DNA of 32,000 nucleotides from Xanthomonas campestris pv. campestris str. ATCC 33913 (GTDB lineage Bacteria; Pseudomonadota; Gammaproteobacteria; Xanthomonadales; Xanthomonadaceae): NCBI RefSeq assembly GCF_000007145.1, contig NC_003902.1, positions 3,056,497 to 3,088,496 of the forward strand, read 5' to 3'. Shown piece by piece: positions 1 to 9,172 of this stretch (position 1 is its first letter; each line of letters starts with the position of its first letter). The notes under the pieces were generated by a model. It saw only the letters and a program-made list of their open reading frames with translations, ran no database searches and was not told where the DNA came from. The position numbers and the translations under genes were made by a program.

Positions 1-354
1 ACGCCGGCAGGCGACAAGGTCAAGGGCGACCTGACCCTGGGCGAGAACATCGCCGACCTGGGCGGCCTCAACACCGCCTATGACGCGATGAAGACCGCCA
101 CCGCCGGCAAGGACGACCCCAAGAGCGACGGCATCACCCGCGACCAGCGCTTCTTCCTCAACTGGGCGACGGTGTGGCGTCGCAACTTCACCCCGGAAGA
201 ATTGGTGGTGCGCCTGAAGACCGACCCGCACGCGCCGGCCAACTTCCGCGCCATCGGCGCGCCGTCGAACATGCCGGCATTTGCCGCCGCATTCTCGTGC
301 AAGGCGGGCGATGCGATGGTGCGTCAAGGCGATCAGCAGGTTGTGATCTGGTAA
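1..354 (+). CDS. M13 family zinc metallopeptidase (neprilysin/PepO-like), C-terminal fragment; 5' end lies outside the window
   Basis: Frame 1 is open from base 1. It translates as TPAGDKVKGDLTLGENIADLGG...DPHAPANFRAIGAPSNMPAFAAAFSCKAGDAMVRQGDQQVVIW*. The GENIADLGG (third zinc-ligand Glu) and DPHAP motifs are present. The C-terminus is nearly collinear with the next paralog. Confidence 0.9.
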   Translation, partial: TPAGDKVKGDLTLGENIADLGGLNTAYDAMKTATAGKDDPKSDGITRDQRFFLNWATVWRRNFTPEELVVRLKTDPHAPANFRAIGAPSNMPAFAAAFSCKAGDAMVRQGDQQVVIW

Positions 355-375
355 TCGTGCAACCGTGTTAAGAGA

Positions 376-408
376 AAGCGGCGATCTTCGGGTCGCCGCT
401 TTTTTTTG
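376..408 (+). terminator. Rho-independent terminator after the first M13 gene
   Basis: Stem AAGCGGCGA (376-384) pairs with TCGCCGCTT (393-401), followed by a T-run to 407. Confidence 0.7.
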
Positions 409-708
409 TGCGTGCTGTGGCGCCGTTGGCGGGCGTGCAACCTCGTTATTCCGCGCTGGCAGTGCAAATGCCTCAATTGAAAGTCGGCACGTCACTTCGG
501 CAACCAATCTCGCTGCAACGCTCTCGGGAGTGCTTTACCAGGCACGCTCAAGACAACTGCTTGTGGAGCACTGGCATGGATTGCCATCGCAGCATCCAGT
601 CACTGGATGCGCTTCGTGAACCGCTATCGCCCGACCAAGCTCAACAAACCTCAATCCCGGCGTTCGCAAGGCCGAGTCCGCTTATGCTCGGCATCCATCT
701 CCTCGCCG

Positions 709-2823
709 ATGCCAGACATGCCCTTGCTCAAGACCTCCACCCTTGCCCTGGCCCTGCTGGTGGCCCTGCCCGGCTGCAAGCGCACCTCCGATGCAGAGAG
801 CGCCCCTGCATCAGCCGCCATTGCGGCGCCTGCCGCGCCGCCCACCACGGCAGCAAACACACCCGCATTCGATATCAGCGAGCTGGGCCCTGCAGCCAGC
901 GCGTGCCAAAACCTGGACGAGTTCGTTAACGGCGCCTGGGCCAAGGCCAATCCGATTCCGGCCGACCACACCAGTTGGGGCATCGACGAACTCCTGACCG
1001 AGAAAAGCCTGCTGATCCAACGCGAGCTGCTTGAAGCCGCGGCGAGACAGGCCGGTACACAGGCCCCATCGCTGGAACAAAAGATCGGCGCGCTGTATGC
1101 GTCCGGCATGGACGAGGCCGCAATCGAAGCCGCCGGTGCCAAGCCGATCCAGCCGCAGCTGGATAAGATCGCCGCATTGCACTCCGGCAAGGATGTCGCT
1201 GCCTACATCATCAGCCGGCATGGCGAAGGCGACGCACAGGTCTTTGCGTTCGGTGCCGGTGCAGATTTCCACAATGCCGACCAGCAGATTGCGTTTACAC
1301 AGGAAGGTGGCCTTGGCCTGCCAACCAAGGACTACTACACCGGTGCGGAGCACGCGCCGATCCGCGCAGCCTACCTTGCCTACATCGCCAAATCGTTCGA
1401 ACTCACCGGCACCCCTGCCGCGCTGGCCAAGACACAGGCAAACGACGTGCTTGCGCTCGAAACGCGCCTGGCTGCCGCATCGCTGGCCCCCGTGGACGCG
1501 CGTGAACCAAAGAACCAATACCGCCTGGTCACCCTCGCCGAGGCGGACAAGCTCACTCCGCACTTTCCGTGGGAGGATTTTTTCGCCACCCAAGGCGTAC
1601 CGGTCGGCAGCGGCTTCTCGCTCGCGCAGCCACGGTTTTTTGCCGCGTTCGATCAGGCATTGGCTAGCGCGCCCATTGCGCAGTGGCAGGCCTACCTACG
1701 CTTCCATGCGATCGATGACGCATCCACGCGCTTGAGCAAGGCATTTGCCGATAATCGCTTTGCGTTCTATGGCAAGACGCTGTCCGGGCAGCCAGAGCAG
1801 CTGCCGCGCTGGAAGCGCGTGCTGCGTTCGGTCAACGGCGCAATGGGCGAAGGCGTTGGGCAGCTCTATGTGGCCAAGGTGTTCACGCCAGATGCCAAGC
1901 AACGCGCCAGCGAACTGGTCGACAACGTTCGCGCGGCGCTCAAGACACGTATCGAACAGGTCGACTGGATGAGTGCCGAGACCAAGGCCAAAGCCTTGGC
2001 CAAGTGGCAGACCTTCCTGCCCAAGATCGGCTATCCGGACACCTGGCGTGACTGGTCGGGGTTGCAGATCACACCCGGCGACTATTACGGCAACCTGCAG
2101 GCGGCTGACACGTTCAATTATCGCTACGACATTGCGCAGATCGGCAAACCCACCGATCGCGGCCGTTGGTCGATGACGCCGCAGACGGTCAACGCGTATT
2201 ACGACCCGATGACCAATTCGATCAACTTTCCTGCAGCGATCCTGCAGCCTCCGTATTTCGATGCCACTGCCGACGATGCGTTGAACTACGGCGGTATCGG
2301 CGCGGTGATCGGTCACGAGGCCACCCACGGGTTCGACGATCAGGGCAGCCAGTTCGATGGTGCAGGCAACAACGTCAACTGGTGGACGGCAGACGATCGG
2401 CGCAAGTTCGACCAACGCAGCAACCAGTTGGTCAAACAGTTCGATGCGTATGCGCCCCTGCCCAGCCATCCGACCCTGCACGTCAACGGCAAACTCACGC
2501 TGGGCGAGAACATCGCCGACCTGGGCGGCACCAACGTTGCCTATGACGCGTTGCAGACCGCCTTGCAGCAGCATCCGGAACGGGCCAAGGCCATCGACGG
2601 CTACAGCCCCGACCAGCGCTTTTTCCTTGCCTTCGCCCGCAGCTGGCGTCAACGCGTCCGTGATCAACAACAGCTGGTCTATCTGGCGTCGGACCCGCAC
2701 GCGCCAGCCAAGCTACGCGCCATCGCATCACCATCGAACATGCCGCAGTTCGCCACCGCCTTCGCCTGCAAGCCGGGCGATGCAATGGTGCGCCCGGAGA
2801 AAGACCGCGTGGTGATCTGGTAA
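709..2823 (+). CDS. M13 family zinc metallopeptidase (PepO/endothelin-converting-enzyme-like), secreted or lipoprotein
   Basis: Part of the 738-aa ORF 607..2823. The likely start is ATG 709 (or 718), giving MPDMPLLKTSTLALALLVALPGC, a signal peptide ending in Cys. Intact M13 motifs: VNAYYD, VIGHEATHGFDDQG (HExxH), GENIADLGG, DPHAP, C-terminal VIW. Confidence 0.9.
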   Translation: MPDMPLLKTSTLALALLVALPGCKRTSDAESAPASAAIAAPAAPPTTAANTPAFDISELGPAASACQNLDEFVNGAWAKANPIPADHTSWGIDELLTEKSLLIQRELLEAAARQAGTQAPSLEQKIGALYASGMDEAAIEAAGAKPIQPQLDKIAALHSGKDVAAYIISRHGEGDAQVFAFGAGADFHNADQQIAFTQEGGLGLPTKDYYTGAEHAPIRAAYLAYIAKSFELTGTPAALAKTQANDVLALETRLAAASLAPVDAREPKNQYRLVTLAEADKLTPHFPWEDFFATQGVPVGSGFSLAQPRFFAAFDQALASAPIAQWQAYLRFHAIDDASTRLSKAFADNRFAFYGKTLSGQPEQLPRWKRVLRSVNGAMGEGVGQLYVAKVFTPDAKQRASELVDNVRAALKTRIEQVDWMSAETKAKALAKWQTFLPKIGYPDTWRDWSGLQITPGDYYGNLQAADTFNYRYDIAQIGKPTDRGRWSMTPQTVNAYYDPMTNSINFPAAILQPPYFDATADDALNYGGIGAVIGHEATHGFDDQGSQFDGAGNNVNWWTADDRRKFDQRSNQLVKQFDAYAPLPSHPTLHVNGKLTLGENIADLGGTNVAYDALQTALQQHPERAKAIDGYSPDQRFFLAFARSWRQRVRDQQQLVYLASDPHAPAKLRAIASPSNMPQFATAFACKPGDAMVRPEKDRVVIW

Positions 2824-3007
2824 TTCGTTGCAGGCGCCGCCTGCAATCGCTTCCAGTGCCAACGCACCACGCACAGGCCCGCACCCGCGGGCCTGTCGCG
2901 TTCATGCCAGCGAGCGCTCGCACGGACGAACGGCCGCTGCGGCCTGCCTGCGCGAGGCGCAGCCTTGCTAAACTCCGCCGACTTCAATCTGGCCACCCTT
3001 CGTCTCG

Positions 3008-5020
3008 ATGCCCACCATTCGTCCGCTTGCCCTCGCTCTTGGCTTCAGCCTGATCACGCTGTTGTCCGCCCCTGACGCCGACGCCGCTCGCAAGAAGAAG
3101 GCAGCCCCCAAGGCCCCGGCTGTGCCGGCCGCCTGCACCGATTTCTACGATTACGCCAATGCCGGTTGGCTCAAGAGCAACCCGGTGCCGCAGGCTGGCG
3201 CGGTCACCGCGCTGGGCCAGCTGTCCGACCGCGCCCTGCAGCAGCAGCGCGAGCTGCTGGATGCGGCGATGAACAGCCCGCAAGGAAACGTGCAGAAGTT
3301 GCTCGGCGACTTCTGGGCCAGCGGCCTGGATGAGGCCGCCGTGGAAAAGGACGGTTCCAATCCGATCGCCCCGTTGCTGTCGCGCATCGATGCGATCAAG
3401 AAGGCCAAGGATGTGCCCGCTTCGATCGCCGCGCTGCACCAGGTCGGTATCCCGGTCGGCTTCAACTTCGGCCCGGACGTGGACCTGAAGGCGCTCGACC
3501 GCCACATCGGTTACTTCATGCAGGGCGGCATGGGCATGCCGGATCCGGCGTTCTACACCCGCACCGACGCCGACACCCAGGCGCTGATGGGCCGCTACCG
3601 CGCCTACGTCAAGCAGATCCTGGCGCTGACCGGCACCCCGGCCGACAAGCTCGATGCCGATGCGGCCTCGGTGTTACAGATCGAAACCGCACTGGCGCGC
3701 AGCGCGCAGTCCGTGCAGGGCATCAACAACCCGTTCAACAACTACGCGCCGATCGCCACCAAGGAGCTGACCAAGCAGTACAAGAACCTGCGCCTGGGCG
3801 ACTTCCTCGAGGCCCAGGGTGTCAAGGACGACCTGGTGTCGATGGCCGACCCGGCGATGTTCAAGCAGCTCGACAGCATGATCGTCAGCATCAAGCCCGA
3901 GCAGTGGAAGGCCTACCTGCGCTGGCGCGTGGGCGATGCCATGGCGCCGTACCTGTCCAAGAGCTTCCATGACGCCGAATACCAGTTCCGCGGCCGCTTG
4001 CTGCGTGGCGACGCCTTGCCGCCGCAGCGCTGGCAGCAGGTGCTCGATGCCATCAACGTGGCCGCCGGCCCGATGCTCGGCCGCGAGTACGTGAGCCGTT
4101 ACCTCAGCAGCGACACCCGCCGCCAGGCCGAAGCCATCGCCGACCAGATCCGCGATGCGCAGCTGGCCGCGCTGGAGCGCACCGGCTGGGGCAATGGCGA
4201 GGTCATCGCCGAAGCCAAGGCCAAGCTGAGCGCCATGAAGATCGAAGTGGGCGCACCGCGCCGCGACCTCGACTACACCGTGCAGCCGATGGGCCGTGGC
4301 AGCTTCGGCGCCAACATGCTGATCGCCTCCACCTGGCGTCACCGCGAAGAAATGAAGCGCATCGGCAAGGGCAACGCCGACCGCCGTTGGGACGTGCTGC
4401 CGCAGCAGCCGGCGCTGGCCTACGACATCGCACAGAACCGCCTGATCATCACCGCTGCGGTGCTGCAGCCGCCGGTCTTGAGCACCGGCGCCACGCCGGC
4501 TGCACAATACGGTGCCTACGGCGCGCTGGTGGCGCATGAAATGACGCGTGCCATCGATGCCAAGGGTGCGCTGGTCGATGCCAAGGGCGAACTGCGCAGC
4601 TGGTGGACGCCCGCCGAAAAGAGCAGCTGGACGCTGCTGACTGGCAAGGTAGCCAACCAGTACGGTGCCTACGCCTACCCGGGCGTGCCCAATGCCAAGG
4701 TCAATGGCGCACAGACCGCCGAAGAAAACCTGGCCGATCTGGCCGGCGTGGAGTTGGCGTGGCAGGCCTTCAGCAAGGCGCAGCCGGCGGCAACCCAGGC
4801 CGACAAGCAGGCCTTCTTCACCGCCTGGGCCGGCCTGTGGGCGCAGCAGCTGTCACCGAACGAAGCGGTGCAGCGTGCCAGTGCTGACATCCGTGCACCT
4901 GGCCAGTGGCGCACCAACGGCCCGCTGTCCAACCTGCCGGAGTTCGGTGCCACCTTCAGCTGCAAGCCGGGCCAGCCGATGCAGCGTGTGGATGCAGACC
5001 AGTTGAAGATCTGGCGCTGA
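3008..5020 (+). CDS. M13 peptidase homolog with degenerate active site (probable pseudoenzyme), secreted
   Basis: 670-aa ORF with N-terminal signal MPTIRPLALALGFSLITLLSAPDADA. Collinear with the upstream M13 paralog, but HExxH reads HEMTR (4535-4549), NAYY reads ALAY (4412-4423) and DPHAP reads DIRAP (4886-4900). EENLADLAG retains the Glu. Confidence 0.85.
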   Translation: MPTIRPLALALGFSLITLLSAPDADAARKKKAAPKAPAVPAACTDFYDYANAGWLKSNPVPQAGAVTALGQLSDRALQQQRELLDAAMNSPQGNVQKLLGDFWASGLDEAAVEKDGSNPIAPLLSRIDAIKKAKDVPASIAALHQVGIPVGFNFGPDVDLKALDRHIGYFMQGGMGMPDPAFYTRTDADTQALMGRYRAYVKQILALTGTPADKLDADAASVLQIETALARSAQSVQGINNPFNNYAPIATKELTKQYKNLRLGDFLEAQGVKDDLVSMADPAMFKQLDSMIVSIKPEQWKAYLRWRVGDAMAPYLSKSFHDAEYQFRGRLLRGDALPPQRWQQVLDAINVAAGPMLGREYVSRYLSSDTRRQAEAIADQIRDAQLAALERTGWGNGEVIAEAKAKLSAMKIEVGAPRRDLDYTVQPMGRGSFGANMLIASTWRHREEMKRIGKGNADRRWDVLPQQPALAYDIAQNRLIITAAVLQPPVLSTGATPAAQYGAYGALVAHEMTRAIDAKGALVDAKGELRSWWTPAEKSSWTLLTGKVANQYGAYAYPGVPNAKVNGAQTAEENLADLAGVELAWQAFSKAQPAATQADKQAFFTAWAGLWAQQLSPNEAVQRASADIRAPGQWRTNGPLSNLPEFGATFSCKPGQPMQRVDADQLKIWR

Positions 5021-5050
5021 GTTAGCGCCCTGCGTCATCGGCAGTAATAA

Positions 5051-5079
5051 AAAAGAGCGCGGAATCCGCGCTCTTTTTT
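5051..5079. terminator. Bidirectional rho-independent terminator between convergent M13 and rhomboid genes
   Basis: AAAA GAGCGCGG aat CCGCGCTC TTTTTT. Perfect 8-bp GC stem (5055-5062 / 5066-5073) flanked by an A-run and a T-run. Confidence 0.7.
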
Positions 5080-5126
5080 GTCTGGATTTTGAACCGTCGC
5101 GTTGCTCACCACCGCCAAGCACGCTT

Positions 5127-5195
5127 TGTAGGAGCGGCCTTGGCCGCGATGGAGCGTTACCGACAAACCCCGTCGCGGCCAAGGCCGCGCCTACA
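5127..5195. repeat. REP-like palindromic intergenic element with GTAG-type ends
   Basis: Left arm TGTAGGAGCGGCCTTGGCCGCGA (5127-5149) and right arm TCGCGGCCAAGGCCGCGCCTACA (5173-5195) are reverse complements with one mismatch. Each arm contains an internal GGCC-centred palindrome. The style resembles the TGTAGGAGC... REP/SMAG elements of xanthomonads and pseudomonads. Confidence 0.7.
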
Positions 5196-5222
5196 GGTTC
5201 ACAGCGCATTGCGTCGCTTGAT

Positions 5223-5909
5223 TCAGCGCACCACACGCAGCGGCGGCTTGCGCCCCTTGCCGCGCTTGCCACCAAACGGCGGCTGGCCGCGCCAGTGGCG
5301 GATCAACAGCCACCCGAACAGCATGCCGCCCAGGTGCGCAAAGTGGGCAACGCCGGGCTGCCAACCGGTGGCGCCAAGCAGCAGCTCGATCGCACCGAAC
5401 ACGATCACGAAGGTCCGTGCCTTCATCGGGATCGGTGGAAACAGCAGCATCACCCGCTGGTTCGGGAACAGCATGCCGTAGGCGAGCAACAAGCCGAACA
5501 CCCCGCCAGACGCGCCCAGCACCGGTGCCCCGCTCTGGGTGAACCAGGCCATCAGCAGCTGGCACACGCCGGCGCCGGCCACGCACACCAGGTAATACGT
5601 CAGGAATCGCTTCTGGCCCCAGGTCTGTTCCAGCGGCGCGCCGAACATGAAAAGCGCCAGCATGTTGAAGAACAGATGGTTGAACCCGCCATGCAGAAAC
5701 GCATAGGTCAGCAGCTGCCACGGCATGAAGCTGGCACCCGGCGAGAACGCATCGAAGCCATTGGAGAGCGGCCACAACATCAGCGGCGACAGCGCTGCAT
5801 CGGACGGCAGCAGGCCGGCACCCAGGTCACCCAGCGCCCATTGCAGGATGAACATGCCGAGATTGGCGATCAGCAGGGCTTTGGTGACGGGCGGCAGTTG
5901 GGGCAGCAT
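5223..5909 (-). CDS. Rhomboid family intramembrane serine protease
   Basis: 228 aa and polytopic. Has the GASGGVFGLL catalytic Ser motif and the downstream AHLGGMLFG His motif, plus the HGGFNHLFFNM region typical of rhomboids. Confidence 0.9.
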   Translation of the reverse strand: MLPQLPPVTKALLIANLGMFILQWALGDLGAGLLPSDAALSPLMLWPLSNGFDAFSPGASFMPWQLLTYAFLHGGFNHLFFNMLALFMFGAPLEQTWGQKRFLTYYLVCVAGAGVCQLLMAWFTQSGAPVLGASGGVFGLLLAYGMLFPNQRVMLLFPPIPMKARTFVIVFGAIELLLGATGWQPGVAHFAHLGGMLFGWLLIRHWRGQPPFGGKRGKGRKPPLRVVR

Positions 5910-5950
5910 GGCGGCATCCTTCGGGACTGCCGCTCATCATAACGGCAGGC

Positions 5951-6349
5951 TTATGAAGGACCCCACACGGCCGCATCCAGCCGTTGCGCTGCAGTGGCAC
6001 GCCGTACCCTGCCCCGCTCCACTGGCACGCCTTCGGCACGCAGTCGCTGGCATTGCGCTTGGTAGCCGGCAGAGCCCTCCGGCAGCGCGATGCGCCCGTC
6101 GCTGCGCAGCACCCGATGCCAGGGCAACGCTGCATCCTGATTGCTGCTCAACAACTTCGCCACCAGGCGCGCACGCCCTGGCAGGCCCGCACGCATCGCC
6201 ACTTCCCCGTAGCCTGCAACCTCGCCCGCGGGAATGGCGCGGATCACGTCCAGAATCCGCAGCCGAACCTGCTCGGCAGCGCGCGTGGCGGATGCGTCAC
6301 CGGCATGCGAGCCGGCGACACGAGTCTTGGAGGGGCGAGGTGACGGCAT
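5951..6349 (-). CDS. MGMT-family DNA-binding protein, alkyltransferase-like (ATL/YbaZ-type, Cys replaced by Trp)
   Basis: Start chosen at ATG 6349 (MPSPRPSK...), giving 132 aa. Contains ...IPAGEVAGYGEVAMRAGLPGRARLVAKLL...ALPWHRVLRSDGRI. PWHRV replaces the PCHRV active site, as in ATL proteins. The longer ORF to 6544 has an implausible N-terminus. Confidence 0.8.
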   Translation of the reverse strand: MPSPRPSKTRVAGSHAGDASATRAAEQVRLRILDVIRAIPAGEVAGYGEVAMRAGLPGRARLVAKLLSSNQDAALPWHRVLRSDGRIALPEGSAGYQAQCQRLRAEGVPVERGRVRRATAAQRLDAAVWGPS

Positions 6350-6551
6350 GCGCGGATGATGCCATTCGGAGGCAATGCGCGTCAGGCCAGCTGCGCGCTC
6401 GTGTGGTCGGGCACCACACACCATCGGACAACAACGCCTTGCTGGGCTGCTGAGAGACCTGCAGCTTTGCCAGAGCAACAACGTGCCGGGACTGACCTCT
6501 GCGCTGATTGCCACGCGGCCACCGCAAACGCATGCGGCCAACATGCAGTGC

Positions 6552-7922
6552 TCAATGCATCAACACAATTTCTTCGGATGAGGTGGGATGGATCGCCACG
6601 GTCTCGTCGAAGTCGCGCTTGGTGGCGCCCATTTTGACCGCCACCGCAAAGCCCTGCAGCATCTCGTCGGCGCTTTCGCCGAGCAGGTGCACGCCGACCA
6701 CGCGCTCTTCCTCGCCCACGCACACCAGCTTGAACACGCTGCGCTGCGGCGCATCGGCCAATGCGTGCAACATCGGGCGGAAGTTGCTGCGGTACACGCG
6801 CACCGCACCGTCGTAGCGCTCACGCGCCTGCTCTTCGGTGAGGCCCACCGCACCCAGCGGCGGGTGCGAAAACACCACGCTGGGCACGTTGTCGTAATCC
6901 ATGCGCGCATCCGGCTGACCACCGAACAGGCGATCCATCAACTTGCGCCCCGCCGCGATCGCCACCGGCGTCAGCCCAACCTTGCCGTCCACATCGCCTA
7001 CCGCATGAATGTTGGGCACGTTGGTGGTCTGGCCGTCGTCCACGACGATTTCGCCCTTCTTGCCGAGTTCCACGCCGAGCGCTTCCAGGCCCAGCCCGGC
7101 GGTGTTGGCACGGCGGCCAATCGCAAAGAAAACCTGGTCAAAGACATCGTTGCCCAACTCGCCCGGATGCGCACTGTGGCCACGCATGCGTAGCTTGCCC
7201 GTGTCATCGCGCTGCACACCGGTGGTGCGGAAACCGAAGTGCAGGCGCACGCCGAGATGGCGCAGGTTATCGGCCAGCTGCAACGTGAGTTCGGCGTCGA
7301 AGCGTTCCAGCAACCGCTCGCCCTGCACGAACAGATGCACGCGGCTGCCAAGCGCCTGCAACAGCCCCGCAATCTCCACCGCGATGTAGCCGCCTCCAAC
7401 GATGGCCACATGGTCCGGCGCATGGCAGAGGTTGAAGAAGTCGTCGGACACATGACCATGCTCGGCGCCCTCCACGTGCGGGCGCAATGGATGCGCGCCC
7501 GTGGCGATGACGATGTGCTCGGCAGTGACGGGCACGCCGTCGGCGCCCATCAAGGTATGCCGGTCCTGCAACACGCCACGCTGCGGGATCAGCACCACAC
7601 CATCATCGTCGAGGCGGCGCCGGTAACTGGCGTGGATATTGCCGATGTAGCCCTGCCGGTGGGTGACCAATTCCTGCCAGGTCAAGGTCGGGCGCACCAC
7701 ATCAAACCCGAGTGCACCAGCCAGTTCGATCTTGCTCGCCAGATCGGCCGCCAACCACATCGCCTTCTTCGGCACGCAGCCGAGATTGACGCAGGTTCCG
7801 CCGAGCTCGCCCGGCTCCATGATCGCAACACGCGCGCCATGCTTGGCTGCGCGGAACGCTGCGGCAAGACCACCGGAGCCACCGCCCAGCACCACCACGT
7901 CGTAGTCGTAACGTGCGCTCAT
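6552..7922 (-). CDS. gor: Glutathione-disulfide reductase
   Basis: Start at ATG 7922 ([22 protein letters not shown]...). Has the redox disulfide [13 protein letters not shown], two Rossmann GxGxxG motifs and the C-terminal HPTSSEE interface motif. The upstream 120 codons of the 576-aa ORF overlap the preceding gene and are rejected. Confidence 0.9.
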   Translation of the reverse strand: MSARYDYDVVVLGGGSGGLAAAFRAAKHGARVAIMEPGELGGTCVNLGCVPKKAMWLAADLASKIELAGALGFDVVRPTLTWQELVTHRQGYIGNIHASYRRRLDDDGVVLIPQRGVLQDRHTLMGADGVPVTAEHIVIATGAHPLRPHVEGAEHGHVSDDFFNLCHAPDHVAIVGGGYIAVEIAGLLQALGSRVHLFVQGERLLERFDAELTLQLADNLRHLGVRLHFGFRTTGVQRDDTGKLRMRGHSAHPGELGNDVFDQVFFAIGRRANTAGLGLEALGVELGKKGEIVVDDGQTTNVPNIHAVGDVDGKVGLTPVAIAAGRKLMDRLFGGQPDARMDYDNVPSVVFSHPPLGAVGLTEEQARERYDGAVRVYRSNFRPMLHALADAPQRSVFKLVCVGEEERVVGVHLLGESADEMLQGFAVAVKMGATKRDFDETVAIHPTSSEEIVLMH

Positions 7923-9169
7923 GCGAAACGCTCTGCGCGGTAGGGATGCGGGTCCAGCGCGGGTACGCGCCCGGTGATCAGGTCGGCCATCAGTTGTCCA
8001 CTTGCAGTACTCATGCTGATGCCGAGCATGCCATGGCCGGCCGCGAGCCAGACGTGAGGACTGCGCGGCACCGCGCCCAACACCGGCACATCGTCCCAGG
8101 TCATCGGGCGCCATCCATACCAGCGTTCGATTTCGACAGGGCCTTTCGGCGCGTGCAGGAATTGCGCTGCCGCGCGCTCTAGCGCTGCCAGGCGTGTCGC
8201 GTTGAGCTGGCTGTTGTGGCCGGAGAATTCCATGGTGCTGCCGATGCGCAGGCGGTCGCGCCATGGCACGACGAACACCCAACGGTCCTTCAGCACCACC
8301 GGGCGTTTTGGCATCTGCGCCGGCGCGCTATAGGTGATCGAATAGCCCTTGCCGGCCTGCACCGGCAGCCGTAGCCCCAGCTGTGCAGCAAGTTGCGGCG
8401 ACCACGGCCCGGTGGCGATCACCACTTCGCGCGCATGCAGTTGTCCGCGCGCGGTGTGCAGGCACACGCCCTGCGCATCCGGACGCACGGCGTGCACACG
8501 GCAGTGTTCCTGGATCACGCCGCCACGTGCGCGCAGCACACGCGCCAGCTCGGCGGTGTAGCGTTCGGGGCGCAAATGCGCATCGCCGGGGAAGTGGATC
8601 GCGCCGGCAATACCCTGGCGAAAGGCGGGGTCGTCCCGCACATAGTCTTCGCCATCGATAGCGTGTGCCTGGATACCCCACTGCGCCAACGCTGCGCATT
8701 CGGCACGGTAATGTTCGAACCTGCGCACATCGCCGAATACATAGTCCAAGCCATCGCTGCGGAATTCGCAGTCCAGCCCGTCGCGTTCGATCCAGTGGGC
8801 AAGCCGCAGGCGTGCATCGTGTAGCAGCGCAGCGCGCGCCTGCACGCTGGCCCGCCAATCGCGCTGGTTGCAGCGCCGTGCAAAGCGCCATAACCAACGC
8901 CACAGCGTGGGATCCAGCCGCGGCGGGATGTACAGCGGCGCATCCGGCGTGAACATCCATTTCAGCGCCTGGCCAAGCATGCCCGGCGCTGCCAGCGGCG
9001 GCGCATGGCTGGGCGTGATGGTGCCGCAGTTGCCATACGAGGTTGCCCCGCCGATTGCGCCGGCATCAAGCACCTGCACCTGCCGGCCGGCACCGACCAA
9101 CGCACGCGCGGTGGCCAGCCCGATTGCACCGGCGCCGATGACCACCACATCCACGCGTGCGTTGCTCAT
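7919..9169 (-). CDS. FAD-dependent oxidoreductase, D-amino-acid dehydrogenase (DadA) family
   Basis: 416 aa. N-terminal [14 protein letters not shown] dinucleotide fold. Collinear with remembered E. coli DadA blocks: [47 protein letters not shown]. Its TGA stop overlaps the gor ATG (ATGA at 7919-7922). Confidence 0.85.
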   Translation of the reverse strand: MSNARVDVVVIGAGAIGLATARALVGAGRQVQVLDAGAIGGATSYGNCGTITPSHAPPLAAPGMLGQALKWMFTPDAPLYIPPRLDPTLWRWLWRFARRCNQRDWRASVQARAALLHDARLRLAHWIERDGLDCEFRSDGLDYVFGDVRRFEHYRAECAALAQWGIQAHAIDGEDYVRDDPAFRQGIAGAIHFPGDAHLRPERYTAELARVLRARGGVIQEHCRVHAVRPDAQGVCLHTARGQLHAREVVIATGPWSPQLAAQLGLRLPVQAGKGYSITYSAPAQMPKRPVVLKDRWVFVVPWRDRLRIGSTMEFSGHNSQLNATRLAALERAAAQFLHAPKGPVEIERWYGWRPMTWDDVPVLGAVPRSPHVWLAAGHGMLGISMSTASGQLMADLITGRVPALDPHPYRAERFA

Positions 9170-9172
9170 GCG

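Noticed and set aside
6023-6037. TGGCACGCCTTCGGC, a second string with sigma-54-like GG-N10-GC spacing
   Set aside because: It lies inside the ATL coding region on the opposite strand. Its -12 element is poor (CGGC), and no plus-strand gene follows for about 5 kb. TGGCAC strings near 5995, 14025, 15184, 15286 and 26397 lack correct spacing or context.
7923-8282. N-terminal extension of the gor ORF (576 aa as listed)
   Set aside because: The extension overlaps the 3' end of the DadA-like gene in another frame. The canonical GR N-terminus ([18 protein letters not shown]) begins at ATG 7922. Similar non-coding-like extensions were trimmed from the ATL, DUF418, thioesterase, symporter, phosphatase, porin and kinase ORFs.
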